The translations under genes were made by a program, and so were the position numbers. This document shows positions 22,406-34,275 of a DNA stretch of 64,000 nt, piece after piece. Origin of the DNA: Negaprion brevirostris (lineage: Eukaryota). The stretch's first letter is position 1, and every line of letters starts with the position of its first letter. Location of the stretch: assembly GCA_030324005.1 (NCBI GenBank), contig JARDVH010000140.1, positions 32,398,862 through 32,462,861 on the forward strand. Direction: 5' to 3'. Under the pieces are notes generated by a model. It ran no database searches. It was not told where the DNA came from and worked only from the letters and a program-made list of their open reading frames with translations.

Positions 22406-23425
22406 GTCCTTAGTGTCATTGGCTTGGTTTGATATAGGTCCATCTAATGTTCATAACGCCATGGTGTCTGATTCTGCACTCTGTCTCTTCCGCCCAGGAC
22501 CCATCTCTCCCTCACGTTGCAGCTGCTAATAACAATGTGTAAATGAGCCAATCAGCCCTTAATGTTCAAAATTCAAATAATCTTTTCAGTTAAGATATCC
22601 AAAGGAGTGGAAAGCAGGAGAGGGCTACAATGTGTGTGAGATTCAGCTTCCTTTCCCAGGAGTGTGTCTGATGGGTAATCTGTACCTCCTAGCTTAGTAG
22701 CATGTCTATCTTACACAGTTCCAGATTATATTCCCTTGCTTTTCGTAGAACTCTGTGGCCTAGTTCTGTCAATATTAGGGTAGCGCTGTGGGTTTTGCTT
22801 GTTCCTGGGATTTGTGGTTACTTATTAACTTTGCAGTGTCATTTAGAGCTGATGGTATAGCAAGCAACAGGGNNNNNNNNNNTCCCACAGTTTGCCACTT
22901 CTGAGATTTTCTTTACCTGTGCGAAAGTCCATGCACACATGATTATTCATTGTGACCCTAAACCTTCAGCTGTCCACAATTTCAGCAAACTAAAACACCA
23001 AATTTTTGTCATACGTATGTGACACCAACATTGGGTGTAATGGCAAAAGGATCAGTTTTCAGTACAGGAAAGTCTCAGTGAGAGTAAAAAAGCCGTCACG
23101 TTTGGGGTGTCTGGAACCTATCTAATGTGTCCCATTGAGAAGTATGTTTGCCATTTGCGATTTTGCATTTGCATGAATTAGTGGGAGCAGTGTGACTCTA
23201 CTGCACACCACTATCCATCTTCATGTGACATGCAGTAAAACCACCAGAGGAAATCCAATCTCCACCCAGAAAGTACAAATAATTCCTGTTCCTCCCACCC
23301 CCAATTCCCAACACTTTGGGAATCTCAGTCATGATAAAATTCTGAGCTACCCTTGCAGCACAGCCAATAATTTAGTCCCCCCTTTGACAACATGAGAGAC
23401 TTCTAAAGTAGCCGCACTTCCTCCC

Positions 23426-23426
<1 letters not shown>

Positions 23427-23464
<38 letters not shown>

Positions 23465-23473
23465 GCGTGCGCA
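23427..23473. repeat. (CA)n microsatellite continuing into CGCGCGTGCGCA
   Basis: About 18 AC units followed by a CG-rich alternating purine-pyrimidine tract. Confidence 0.95.
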
Positions 23474-24269
23474 AATTAAGTCTCAAGCATCTGACCATAG
23501 GTACTTTTTTGTGTGCCAAACCAAACATAAGTTACTGTTTACTCTGTGGATATGGTGTGATACTCAAAATTGGCAGCATCAATGCTAAAGGGTGGTTGAG
23601 ACAGTAAGTGCCATTGACTGGTACTGTTGTAGCTACCTATTTAGATAGTCCTGAGGTTTGAGATTTGTCAGTGACCTGTTGAAAATCCTAACCTTGCAAG
23701 GATTGGAATGAATAGGAATGTACTGCTGTTTTAGTCTAGTTGCTTACAGTACTTAAAACATTGGAATGCCACTCCCCAGTTCATGTGCCTGCTGTCCGTG
23801 ACCATTCAGTGATAATCTCTGTGGCTTGGAGTCTATATTTCCACTGCAAAAGTACTTGTTTAGAAAATCCAGTCCATGATTTTAATTTAGTATTAGCTTA
23901 TAGAGTTGTTCCTTCACTCTAGAAGGGCAGACCGTACAGGTAGATTTAGCCGATTTTGAATTTAGTAAGTTGTATATTTTATCCCTATACCAGTTGTTTG
24001 AAGTATAGGAGTTGGAAAATGCTTCTCACGGCTCAGTTAACATCTCAGAATTATAGTGTCCAGCCAATTTCCAGCAACATTTTGAGTGAGAATCTCGACC
24101 CCTTGAGATTGCTTTTTAAGTCCTTTCAAGCATTTCATGTCTGCTTCTATTTTCGTGGACTATCCAAAGCACGAATGCCCAATCCACATGCTGTTATTCT
24201 GCCTCAGCTTCCTTGTCCAATATGCTTCTTGAATTAAAAAAGAATAACAGGCATTTTTGGAATATGACG

Positions 24270-25260
24270 ATACTGCCAGGAGTGGTATTTATTGTCCACC
24301 TGAACCCTGGAGAAAGTGATAGTGAATCACTGAAGACCCAGTTATGAAGGTTTCACATTCCATTTGAGTGAGGAATTCCATGATTTTGACATGATGGTGA
24401 AAACATCATTATATATCAAAGGCATGATTGAAAATTAACTTGTAGATGATACTGTTCCAATGCAAAGCTGGCCTCTTCCTTCTGATGGAGGGCATGGGTT
24501 TGGGAGGTGCTGGAGAAACCTTGGCGAGTTACAACTGTGTATCCTGTACATGGTACACACTATAGCCATAGTAGTCAGGGTAGACATTTAGGTTTGTGGA
24601 TGACATATTGATCAAATAGACTTATGGATGGTGTTGAGCTTAATTCATGAGCAGTGTTGCAGCTGCATTCATCAAAGCAAATGGGGAGATTTTCATCACA
24701 CTCCTGACGTGTGCCTTGCAGGTAGTGTTTGTGGCATTGAAAAGTAGGCTACTCTTTGCAGAATATCCAGCCTGGACTTGCTCTGGTAAGTATTTATGTA
24801 GACAACCCAGTTGAATTTCTAGTAGGTGGTGATACAAGATTTGGATGGTGGCTGATTTGGGAATTATGATGCCATTGAATGTAATGGGAAGGTGATTAGA
24901 TCCTCTTTTGTTTAGATGACAGGTTCCTGAAATTCGTGTGACCAAATGTTATTTGCGACTGATCTACTCAAGGCTGGTTATTGTCCAGATATTGTCACAT
25001 GCGGTCACGGACTGCATACCTGTCTGTGCAATCAAAAAGAAGATCTACGTTTGATCCTATGATGGAGGGAATGTTATTGAGGAAGTAGCTGAAGATATTA
25101 AGCTTAGGACACAATCCTGAGGAATTCCTGCGATGGTGCTCAAGGATGAGAGGATTAGGTTCTAATAATAACTAACTTTTTTTGCCAAGTGCAGAGAGAT
25201 TTCTCCCCAATTCCACTGACTTCAGTTTTACTAAGACTCCTTGACACCACACTGTCTTGA
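24270..25260 (-). mobile_element. L2/Crack/Daphne-type LINE fragment, degraded
   Basis: TCKAHVRSVMKISPFALMNAAATLL (cf. YKAQVRSVMEYSPLAWMSAA); same family as 47615-48730 and 55340-55670. Confidence 0.7.
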
Positions 25261-25623
25261 TGCAATAATTGACTTTGGCTCAACATCCACCTGAAAGTCT
25301 GAAGAAATGTGGTTTTGTAGGTATATTCCAGATATACTATTTGTATAGCACAAATTGGTACACGAGAATCTTCATGTAGACAAGCTCTCTAAATTCTCTG
25401 GGAGTTGCATCTTATATTGATTGAGATGTGATGTAACTTTTAGATAGTGTCTTTGATTTAAGGAACATCCCAAGATGCTTCACAAATTGAAAAAGATCAG
25501 CAAGGATATGTGCTCCAAGCGAAGAGGCATCCAGAACCTCTTTGCTCAGTGGAGTTTTTGAGATACAAGATTATACGTTCTTAAGATTTATCTTTTTTTA
25601 ACCTATAAAGGTTCTGCTTAAGT

Positions 25624-25735
25624 AAAAACAGAAAATGCTGGAAATTGAGTTTTTTCTTTCCACAGATACTGCTGTACTTTTGACTGCCTCCAGCATTTTC
25701 TGTTTTTGTTTCAGATATGCAGCATCTGCAATGGT
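25624..25735. mobile_element. Penelope-like terminal fragment with perfect 19-bp inverted repeat
   Basis: aaaaacagaaaatgctgga (25624-25642) / tccagcattttctgttttt (25689-25707). Confidence 0.65.
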
Positions 25736-25844
25736 TTATAACTACTGCTTGTTGTCAACATAAGATTGTCTCTTTCAGTTGCATTATCATGAAACATTTG
25801 AATGTTAGTATATTATCAACTTAACATGCTCATTTGTTTCCGTA

Positions 25845-26118
25845 TGGTTTTGGTTGAGAAGGAATGCTGGCCAGGACATTGGGTGAACTTGCTGTTGTTG
25901 GTCAAATATTACCATAAGGTCTATGGTAATATTGTTGTATCTGTTGTGTTCACTGGACAGGCAGACAGGGCCATCTGAAAGACGGTGTCTCTGACTGCAG
26001 CACTCCCTCGGTGTTGCACCAAAGTACCTGTCAACGTTTGATCCTCAGATTCTGGGTTGGAGATTGAAACTTTCAGTTTCTGGCTCAAGGTTGAGGTTGC
26101 AGCCACCACATTTAAGCT
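25845..26118 (-). mobile_element. SacSINE1/DeuSINE-like fragment
   Basis: gctggccaggaca and catctgaaagacggtgtctctgactgcagcactccctc are reverse-complement matches to the central domain of 58619-59040. Confidence 0.6.
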
Positions 26119-26754
26119 GGTTTGAATTTACACCAAGGTATCAGCCATGAAAAGTTAGGCTTTAACTCCCCATATGCTCCCATCCACAGGTTCCCGATAA
26201 TTTGAAGATGCACTATTCAAAAGTAACATCAATATTCAATATTTATTCTAGGGTGGAAATGGTACTCATATGCTTGTTGTGACTTGTGTCCCACTTAAAA
26301 GCTTTTATGTTAAGATCATACATTGAAAAGCTGTGCTGGATGTTGTCTCTGCTGTAATTTTGAGTTTCCCCACCCTCTCCATCTCCTGACACCTAACTGC
26401 TGTACTATAGCAGAAGCAGCTTCATCTGCCACTAACAAGTACTAAATTCACAGCACATAAACTTCTACAAAAGCTGAAATTGCATATCCTTTAATCCTGT
26501 GCACTTACCGTGCAGGATTTTGAGGAGTAGGAGATTTCATATCTCACTGTTGTTTCAAGGTGCAGAGTTTGGAGAAGATCAGAACAGCAGAGGGTTGTAT
26601 TTTTGGGTAGACATTAATTTCTTTCCCATGTCCTCTCCATGAAATACAGTTCTATGGACTCTAGCACTTCACCCGATTTCAGCTTGGTTATATTTGTCAG
26701 TGATGTTTCTGTGCTGTGAACTTGAAGTGATGAATATGCACACTTGTTAAACCT

Positions 26755-27381
26755 TGCATTGAAATGAACTGGAGCTTATTCTTATTAACAGTATAGAGAC
26801 ACGGCCCATTAGTATAGGACAGTTTCACAAAACTCCAAATGTACTAAATATCCAGTAATGGATATATCTAATAATATATTTTAAAAAGGAACAATTGAAA
26901 CTCAAGAAATAGCAGCTCCCCAGCTACTCCAGAAAACAGTATCTGTGGCTATATTCCCTCATATGTAGCCCTATGTTGCTATTTTTCCCACAAGGTCACT
27001 TATTGCTCTGTTACTGTTCACATAGAGATACATTGCATTGGCATAAAGGCACTGGCTGCTGTGATACAGAGCAATGCATGTTGGAGTGTTTCAAAGTTGA
27101 TTGGCAGTGCCTGCCGACCTTAACTGGAATCTCAGTCCCAGTGGATGGGAGAAGGCAAAGGCACCGATGTTCCAGGTTTTGATCATTCTCTGGTAATTCC
27201 TGATGGAGTACGCAGATATGAATGATGGCCAAGGGTGAGTTTGGGTTTGACTTGAGTGCTTTCTGTGGTCAAATAGTTGTTGGAACTCATCCTGCATTGA
27301 AATGTACTAAAGCTTACTGTAATGAATAATATAGAGTCACGGCCCATTAGTGTAGGGCAGTGCCACAGAACTCCAAATGTA
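26755..27381. repeat. Pair of 89-bp ungapped direct repeats (26755-26843 and 27293-27381)
   Basis: Manual alignment gives 74/89 identical with no indels; offset 538 bp. Confidence 0.85.
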
Positions 27382-27506
27382 AACGTTCTGTTTAAAACTG
27401 TCAGCATGACTCCTGAATCAACAACTTTCCTGGAAAGATGAGTGTGGGTTTGAACAAACACCTGTAGGGATGTGACACGCTCTGTACCCGGATTCTTGGT
27501 CTCCCA

Positions 27507-27883
27507 ATAAGAACATAAGAAATAGGAGCAGGAGTAGGCCATCTAGCCCTTCGAGCCTGCCCCGCCATTCAATAAGATCATGNNNNNNNNNNNNNNNNNN
27601 NNNNNNNNNNNNNNNNNNNNNNNNNNNNNNNNNNNNNNNNNNNNNNNNNNNNNNNNNNNNNNNNNNNNNNNNNNNNNNNNNNCCCAGCACCGATCCCTGG
27701 GGCACTCCACTAGTCACCAACCGCCAATCAGAATAGCACCCATTGATACCAACTCTCTGCCTCCTATTAGACATCCAATCCTCTATCCACGCTAACACCT
27801 TATCGCCAACTCCATGCCCCCTAACCTTCTGAAGCAACCTCTTGTGTGGCACCTTATCAGCAACCTCTTGTGCGGCACCTTAT
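27507..27883 (-). mobile_element. Young, 5'-truncated CR1 LINE spanning an N gap
   Basis: PHKRLLQKVRGHGVGDKVLAWIEDWMSNRRQRVGINGCYSDWRLVTSGVPQGSVL is a near-intact CR1 RT segment; tail aataagaacataagaaataggagcagg. Confidence 0.92.
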
Positions 27884-29779
27884 AATCCCTAACACAGTTC
27901 AGCACGCAGTCCCAGTCGTTTCTGATATAAATCACCCTGCGCTTCATTCCGTTAATCACCTCCAGCTCCATTTCTAACTGTGCAGCTTTGTTTCCTCTGA
28001 ACTACTCTAGCTCGTCTGTCTCCCTAAGCAGGGGACTTCCAGCTCCTGTTATTTATGACTTCCTGTGTTTCGATTCACCAGGCTAGCTTTGACTGATGCA
28101 TGTCATTGCCATTAAAAGCTGCGATATATTGCTATATCGTTTAGCTGCTATGAAACAAAAGCTAATAACTGACATCATCGGAATAATTTGCTGGAAAAGT
28201 TGTTGTCAGAATACTTTGGTTATTATTGTGGATAATGTGTTCTGGAAAGGAACATTCACATTTGTGTAGAACTGCACATCAGTTCAGAGTGTCAAAACTG
28301 TGTAGTCTGTCCAAAATCACTGCCTGATTTTCTCCCTTTCTCAGCAGCAGGGATCCTTGCTGAAGTTCCGCTCCATGGGGGCAGCAGCACTGGCCATTAC
28401 AGATGCCTCCTGTTTAAAGTGCATTTTCCTTTTTGCACAATTTGCAAATTAACAAAGTTGTCCAAATAGCGTGGCTCATTTTAGTTCTAATGCGATTACT
28501 GCACATGTGCTATGTTATAACTGCACATGCTCTGTCACACAGCTGCGTCCCTCTCTTGACCCGCACACTGCTTTCTGACACCCAGCCTCCGTTTGTTTTC
28601 CTGCTCGCTCACTGCTTCCTCCTCCTCCTCCTCTTCTCACTTTCGTGAGGGGCAGTGAGCAGCAGGGAGTGGGCAAGGTGGCGGGTTGGAGGAGCAAAGC
28701 AGCGAGGACATGGTGAGAAGTGCCGAGGGAGAAGCAAATTATTTAAGTTAGTAGGTTTGGCAAGTTGAAAGAGGATTTTTGGGTCAGTTATGTTCAAGGC
28801 AGCCAATAGATTTTTAATGTAAAAATTACAAGCATAGAACCTAACTCACCATTTTTACATAGCTTTTTCTTGGTATGAGATTGATTTTGGTTTGGCATGC
28901 AGTTTTTTAAAAACAAGTTAGGAATTCTAAAAGCTGTGGTTGTATTTCAGTTTTGAACTTAAGCAGCAAATGTTGATTAGTATTTGACTGTGGGTGGGAT
29001 TTTGAACTGAATATGATCCTGTTCTTACCTGCAAGAGTCTCTGGATAACAATCCCAAGCAGAATCCCAACTTTTTTTTTAAAAAGCCTTCCCGGCCCAGA
29101 AGTATACCAGTTTCTGCCCCAGGTTATTTGCGGTGACATAATTCAAGATACAGACCGTGAATCAGGAATATTTTGGCTTGTGTTTGTTAGAGATGAGGGC
29201 TGGGGGGCAGTGGTAGTGGTGTCACGTTTAGGTTTTTTTTAAAAAGTTATATTAACCCTTTGTAGAACGGAACTGGTCCTGGTTGGTTTGGTGGTATTAA
29301 GGCAGATTTGTTTGTATTGTGCAAGGATTAAATTAATCATTGCTGCTGAGCTCTCTGAGACGGGCAGAAATGTGCTAGGGCAAAATGTGGATCCATGCTT
29401 TTCTATTTTGAAAAGGGTTGCATCATTCAGTTTAAGACTTTTCCACAAGGCATGTCATTGTCTTCTTCAAGAAGATGGGCTTCCTTACAACTCTCAAACG
29501 CAGCAGTTTGGTTTGACTTGAATCTGTGTATCTGCATTTTGACTCTGCAGCAATTTACCAACCAAGTAACCTGTTTCCTGGCCTGTGGACAGTGTAAGCA
29601 GAGCCTGCTAATTTCTAACTCGAATTCACTTGCCTGACACCATGTCTTAAGACTGCTGGCACTGAAATAGCTGGCCAAGGAAGTTTTCTGTACAACAACC
29701 TATATTTACAGAACAACTCAGGCTGCTTCGTAGGGGCACAACATAGCAGGATTAGCCAGTGTGCCACACGTGGAGATAC

Positions 29780-31050
29780 TAGGCTAAAAGAGAGAGGTTT
29801 TAGGAGTATGTTAAAGGAAGGGGAGTTGGAGATCTGGATGTTGGGTGCAGGGGGGAAAGCAGAATTCCATAGGGCCTGAGCAGCTGAAGGTTTGAGGAAC
29901 AATTCAACATGGGGTGCTTGGTAGACCAGAATTCAGAGGGTTGGGAGGTTGAAGGAGAATATGGAAATAGAGAAGGGTGGAGAAATGGAAGGATTTGAAA
30001 ACAAAGATGTCTTATTAAAACTGAGGAGTTGTTTAGCTGGTAGCCAAAGTAGGTCAGCGTCTGTGAGGGTGAGAGATGCACGGGACTTGCTGTGACTTAG
30101 AAAACGGGCAGCAGAATCTTGAATGGCATCAAGTTTACAGAAGATAGAATGTGGGTGGGCCAGCCAGGTGTGTGTTGGAATAGTCAAACCTTGAGGTAAC
30201 AAAGGAAAGTTTGAGCAGCAGATGGGCTGGAGGCCATGGTGGAGGTAGACGTTGTTATAGGGGTGTAAATGAATGATCTTGGTGATAGTACAGAGTTGTG
30301 CTTGGAAGCTTCTCAGTTAAAAATGATGCCAATGGTAAACAGGCTGGTCAGTCTCAGTTACCCGGAAGAGCAATGGAGTGAGTAGCTGAATTGAATTTGT
30401 AGCTGGGACTAAAGACTCTTCGGACTTCTCAGTGTTTAATTGGAGGAGATTTCTGCTTATCCAGTACCAGATTTTGAACCGGCATTCTGATAATTTAACA
30501 ATAGTGGAGGACTTGAGAGAGAGTTGGTGGTGGTGAGGTAGAACTGGGAGTCATCAGCTTATATGAAAACCCACTCTGCATTTCTGGATGAGGGGCAACG
30601 CGTAAATGAAAAATTGGAAGGGGCCAAGGATAGATTGTTTGGGGACTCCAGAGTAGTGCTGTGGAAGAAATAGCATTGATGGAAATTTTGGTTATGATTG
30701 AAAAGATGAGACTGGAACCAGTCAAGAGGAGACGGGAGAGAGTTTTAAGTAGAGAAAAAAAGGCCAGGAGTTAGCTCTGCATTCCAGGATGATCCTGGAG
30801 TAGTGAGCAGTTTTAACAGATGAGACGGAAGGGCCCTATAGTGCTTTGTGTGGTCCAGCCACATTGGGTGGTGAATGACTAAGCTATTTCTATCCATTCC
30901 AGTATGCACTGCTTAGACTTGAGGAAGTAGAGGTGAGTGGCTAGGATAGGAGAGAGGAGTTGTTCTAATAGGTTCTATAGTATTAAAGGTGGAGATGAGG
31001 GTGATGTCAAATATACATTAGCGAGTTACATAGTTTGGTGCTGTCACTTA
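29780..31050 (-). mobile_element. L2-clade LINE fragment
   Basis: CKLDAIQDSAARFLSHSKSR...ADLLWLP (29933-30202); the region near 30500-30660 resembles GVPQGS.LGP and YADD motifs. Confidence 0.8.
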
Positions 31051-32029
31051 AGTTTTCAGCTAAATGTAATGGTGAAGGTAAGAAAGTTGAACTCTAGTGT
31101 TTGTTGTTAGGATTCTGGAGAAATATTTTATTTGTATCTTTCCCAGTTCTGAAAAAATGTCCAGCATTGCAGTTATCAAATGGTGCTCTTCTAAGCTTGG
31201 AAAAAGCATTCTGTCCATATAATAATATTGATGGCGCAACCTGTCACAAAGGGTGCTAAGTTAAGGCTATCACACAACTTTTAAGACTGTTAGCTATGGT
31301 GCCTACCTTGTCCTGAACTTGAATGTATCAAATCTTTGGGCTTGAATCTGTTGTTCTACTTAGAATCTCTGTGGTGGGCACATCCCTTTTGCTCTGGCCA
31401 CCTCACACCGCAATCCTTCTCCAGTTTACAGATGGGGTTGTGCTATGTTCAGGATATAGTCTAATTTTGAATAAATGTGGTTCTACTCTGTCCAAGAGAG
31501 CTGTCTCAGCTCCGATCATAGCAGATCATTTCCCATTGTATCAGCGTGGTGACCAGCTATCCCATTTCCATTTGTGTCAAGTAAACCTGTGAAACTGAGT
31601 TGATTGATGTGCTCAGAGCAATGTCAGTGTGTTGGGGGTACATTGTAGTTTAGGTTGTGACACTGAAGCTACAGAAACCCCAAAACATTAAATTGTGAGT
31701 TTTGTTTATTGTTTGGGGTGGAGGGGATGTGGGGAGTGATGCATGGAGGAGGTATTCCAGACGACTTGTTGGTTATTCTGACCTGTTCTTTGATGCTGGC
31801 CTTGACATAAGTGCTTTTTCATTCTTTCAGGCTGGAATACATTTAGTCTGCAGATAAAGCAGGGAATCTGACTTTCTGTTTATCTCGCGTGATCCCCACG
31901 CTGGACTCCAGGAAGCACTGGCACCCTTCTGTTTACTCGTTGGTCATTAACCAATGGGTCACACACTAATCTTGGTTTCACACTGAATTAACAGATGCAG
32001 TGATTTGGTTATACATAGTTCCTCTCTGG

Positions 32030-32910
32030 ATGCAGTAGCATTGTGCTTATGTTACTGGACTAGTAATCCAGAGGCCGAAACTAATGATTTGGAGATATAA
32101 GTTCAAATTTCAGCACCACAATTGGGCAATTTAAATTCCATTAACTATATCAATCTGGAATTAAAAATTTGACATCAGCAAATGATGACCATGAAAACTC
32201 CTGTTTGTTATACAACCCATCTGAGATTCACTATCCTTTAAGGAAGAAAACCCTGCAAAGTCCTCCAAGCAAATATTTGGGGTCTTGTGTTAAAATAGGG
32301 GAGCAATCACACCAATTCACAAGTAACAGCCTGACGTACTCTCAGAACATCCTTGACTCCTCCATCACCTTTCCTGGATAGACCCACCAGCATTGGCAGC
32401 ACTGTTGTATACAGTCGAGAGGGAGTAAAGTGGTTAGTGTGGAATACCCCTTCCTGTCTCATCATCAGGCCAAATATAGCCTCCTGCTGATTACCTGCTA
32501 CCCTCCATCTGCTGATGAATCAATATTCCTGTATGTAGAACATGTAAGAAACATTGAAGTTACCAAGGGCACAGAATGTATAATGGATGGGTGACTTTAA
32601 TATTCATCATCAAGAATGGTTTGGTGGCATCACCTGAAGTAGACATCCAGTTTGGACTGGCAGCAGATGGTGAGGGGATGAAGCTGCTCAACCTTATCTT
32701 TCCCAGTGAATTTGTAACAGATGCATCTGTCAGTGAGGTTATTGATAGGAGCAATCACTGCTCATCCATCTGAAGATAAAGACCCAGCTTCATATTGAAA
32801 ATGCCCTCCATCATATGGCGTAACCCATCACACTAAATAGAATGAGTTTAGCGCAACTCTCGCACTGGTCATCCAGTAGAGGCGCTATGCACCATCAGCG
32901 GCAGCAGAAT
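32030..32910 (+). mobile_element. 5' region / AP-endonuclease remnant of an L2/Crack/Daphne-type LINE
   Basis: tactggactagtaatccagagg head; LLLITCYPPSADES and atggatgggtgactttaat (WMGDFN), an APE motif. Confidence 0.6.
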
Positions 32911-34189
32911 TGAGTTCTAAAAATTAGGCACTTACTAGCAGACAGACTTGCCCTATATCTATTGAAATATTTCAGATTCCAGTCTCAGCATAGGCTCACT
33001 ATGTGGTGGATTGACAGACTGATCTGCCATTTCTACTGCACTTGTGGCTTGAGCTAACCCTGTGGCTAACAATGGGTAACTCCTGCAGTATAAGTGACCG
33101 ATTGGAAACACCAAAATCTTCCTTGAGTGGTGCTTTCACTTGGTACTGAGGAAGAATCCAGTTTGGCGACTGACTCTGAAAGTGACTGCACAATCCCTGT
33201 GCACACTAGGTTGATTCGGTCATTTAAAGAGATTTGGAGGTAGCTGAACTGAGACTATGTATTGCACTCGTGCATTGGCCTAGTTCTTCTTGTTCTCACT
33301 CTTGCAACACTTTAGATGAATAGATTTTAATCAGATTTGTGATTCTTATCAGTGCTGGCATTGAACAATGACCTTGCAGACTTTGAAATGAAATAGTGTT
33401 TCCTTTTATGTATGTTGAGGCTTATTCTGATTTCTCAAGCTATTTTAATAAGCGGGTGCTTAGATGTAGTGCTTGAAGCAAGTATTGGAGCCCAAGGCCA
33501 TGTCATAAAGCAGGGCTGTGCTGCAGAAGGCAGTTAATTATGAAATTGGCTGGAATGTGTAGGATGGCTGCATATTTGTCAGATAGATCAAACGTGCATA
33601 AGACATAACTGATGTGTTGAACAGCTATGTTACTGTCCTGGCCTGAGGCAGTAAACAGTTCAGCATACTGCTGACTTTTTGTCTTTTCATAAGCTGTGGT
33701 TTGAGTCTCAAGCCTGTTTTTTTAAAAAAATTTTTCACCCTTCCCCTTTCCTTCAAATAGCCAGGATTCCAGTCTAGAACTTGGAGAAAGTTAACGTGTA
33801 AACAGTAGAAACACTTTTTAGTTTGATCTATTCAGAAGAAAAACATATTATTCTTTAGAATGAATTTTTGTGTGTTCCCTCGTATTGTTTTAGTTATTTT
33901 GATGTTTTCTCATGATTATACTTATTAAAGGGCTGTGGGGGGAGAGCACCATGAAACATCAGACTCTGTGCCTTAGAACCAAGAACTGCACCAGATTCAG
34001 AGCAGTAGGTAATAAGAAAAAGGCTATTTGAATTTTCTAACCTTTTAGAAGATGTTGACTCTTGGTGGAATTGGTTCCATTGCCCCCATTCATTCCCCGT
34101 CCAACTTGATCTAGTGACCATTCTTCTTATGTGAACCTAACAGCTCGGTTGATCATGTATAGGGCTGATTCTCTGGCTACCCAATAGGG

Positions 34190-34275
34190 ACAGTAAGTAG
34201 TCTCACAACACCAGGTTAAAGGCTAACAGGTTTATTTGGTAGCACAAGCTTTTGGAGCGCTGCTCCTTCATCAGC
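34190..34275 (-). mobile_element. 86-bp Penelope-type unit with minimal hammerhead core, flanked by a perfect 10-bp TSD
   Basis: cccaataggg at 34180-34189 and 34276-34285. Minus strand reads GCTGATGA-AGGAGC-AGC-GCTCC-AAAA-GCTT...AATAAA... Confidence 0.75.

Noticed and set aside
26726-26843. C/D snoRNA or miRNA within the duplicated 89-bp unit
   Set aside because: The GTGATGA upstream of copy 1 is not matched at copy 2, there is no suitably placed D box, and no long hairpin is shared by both copies.
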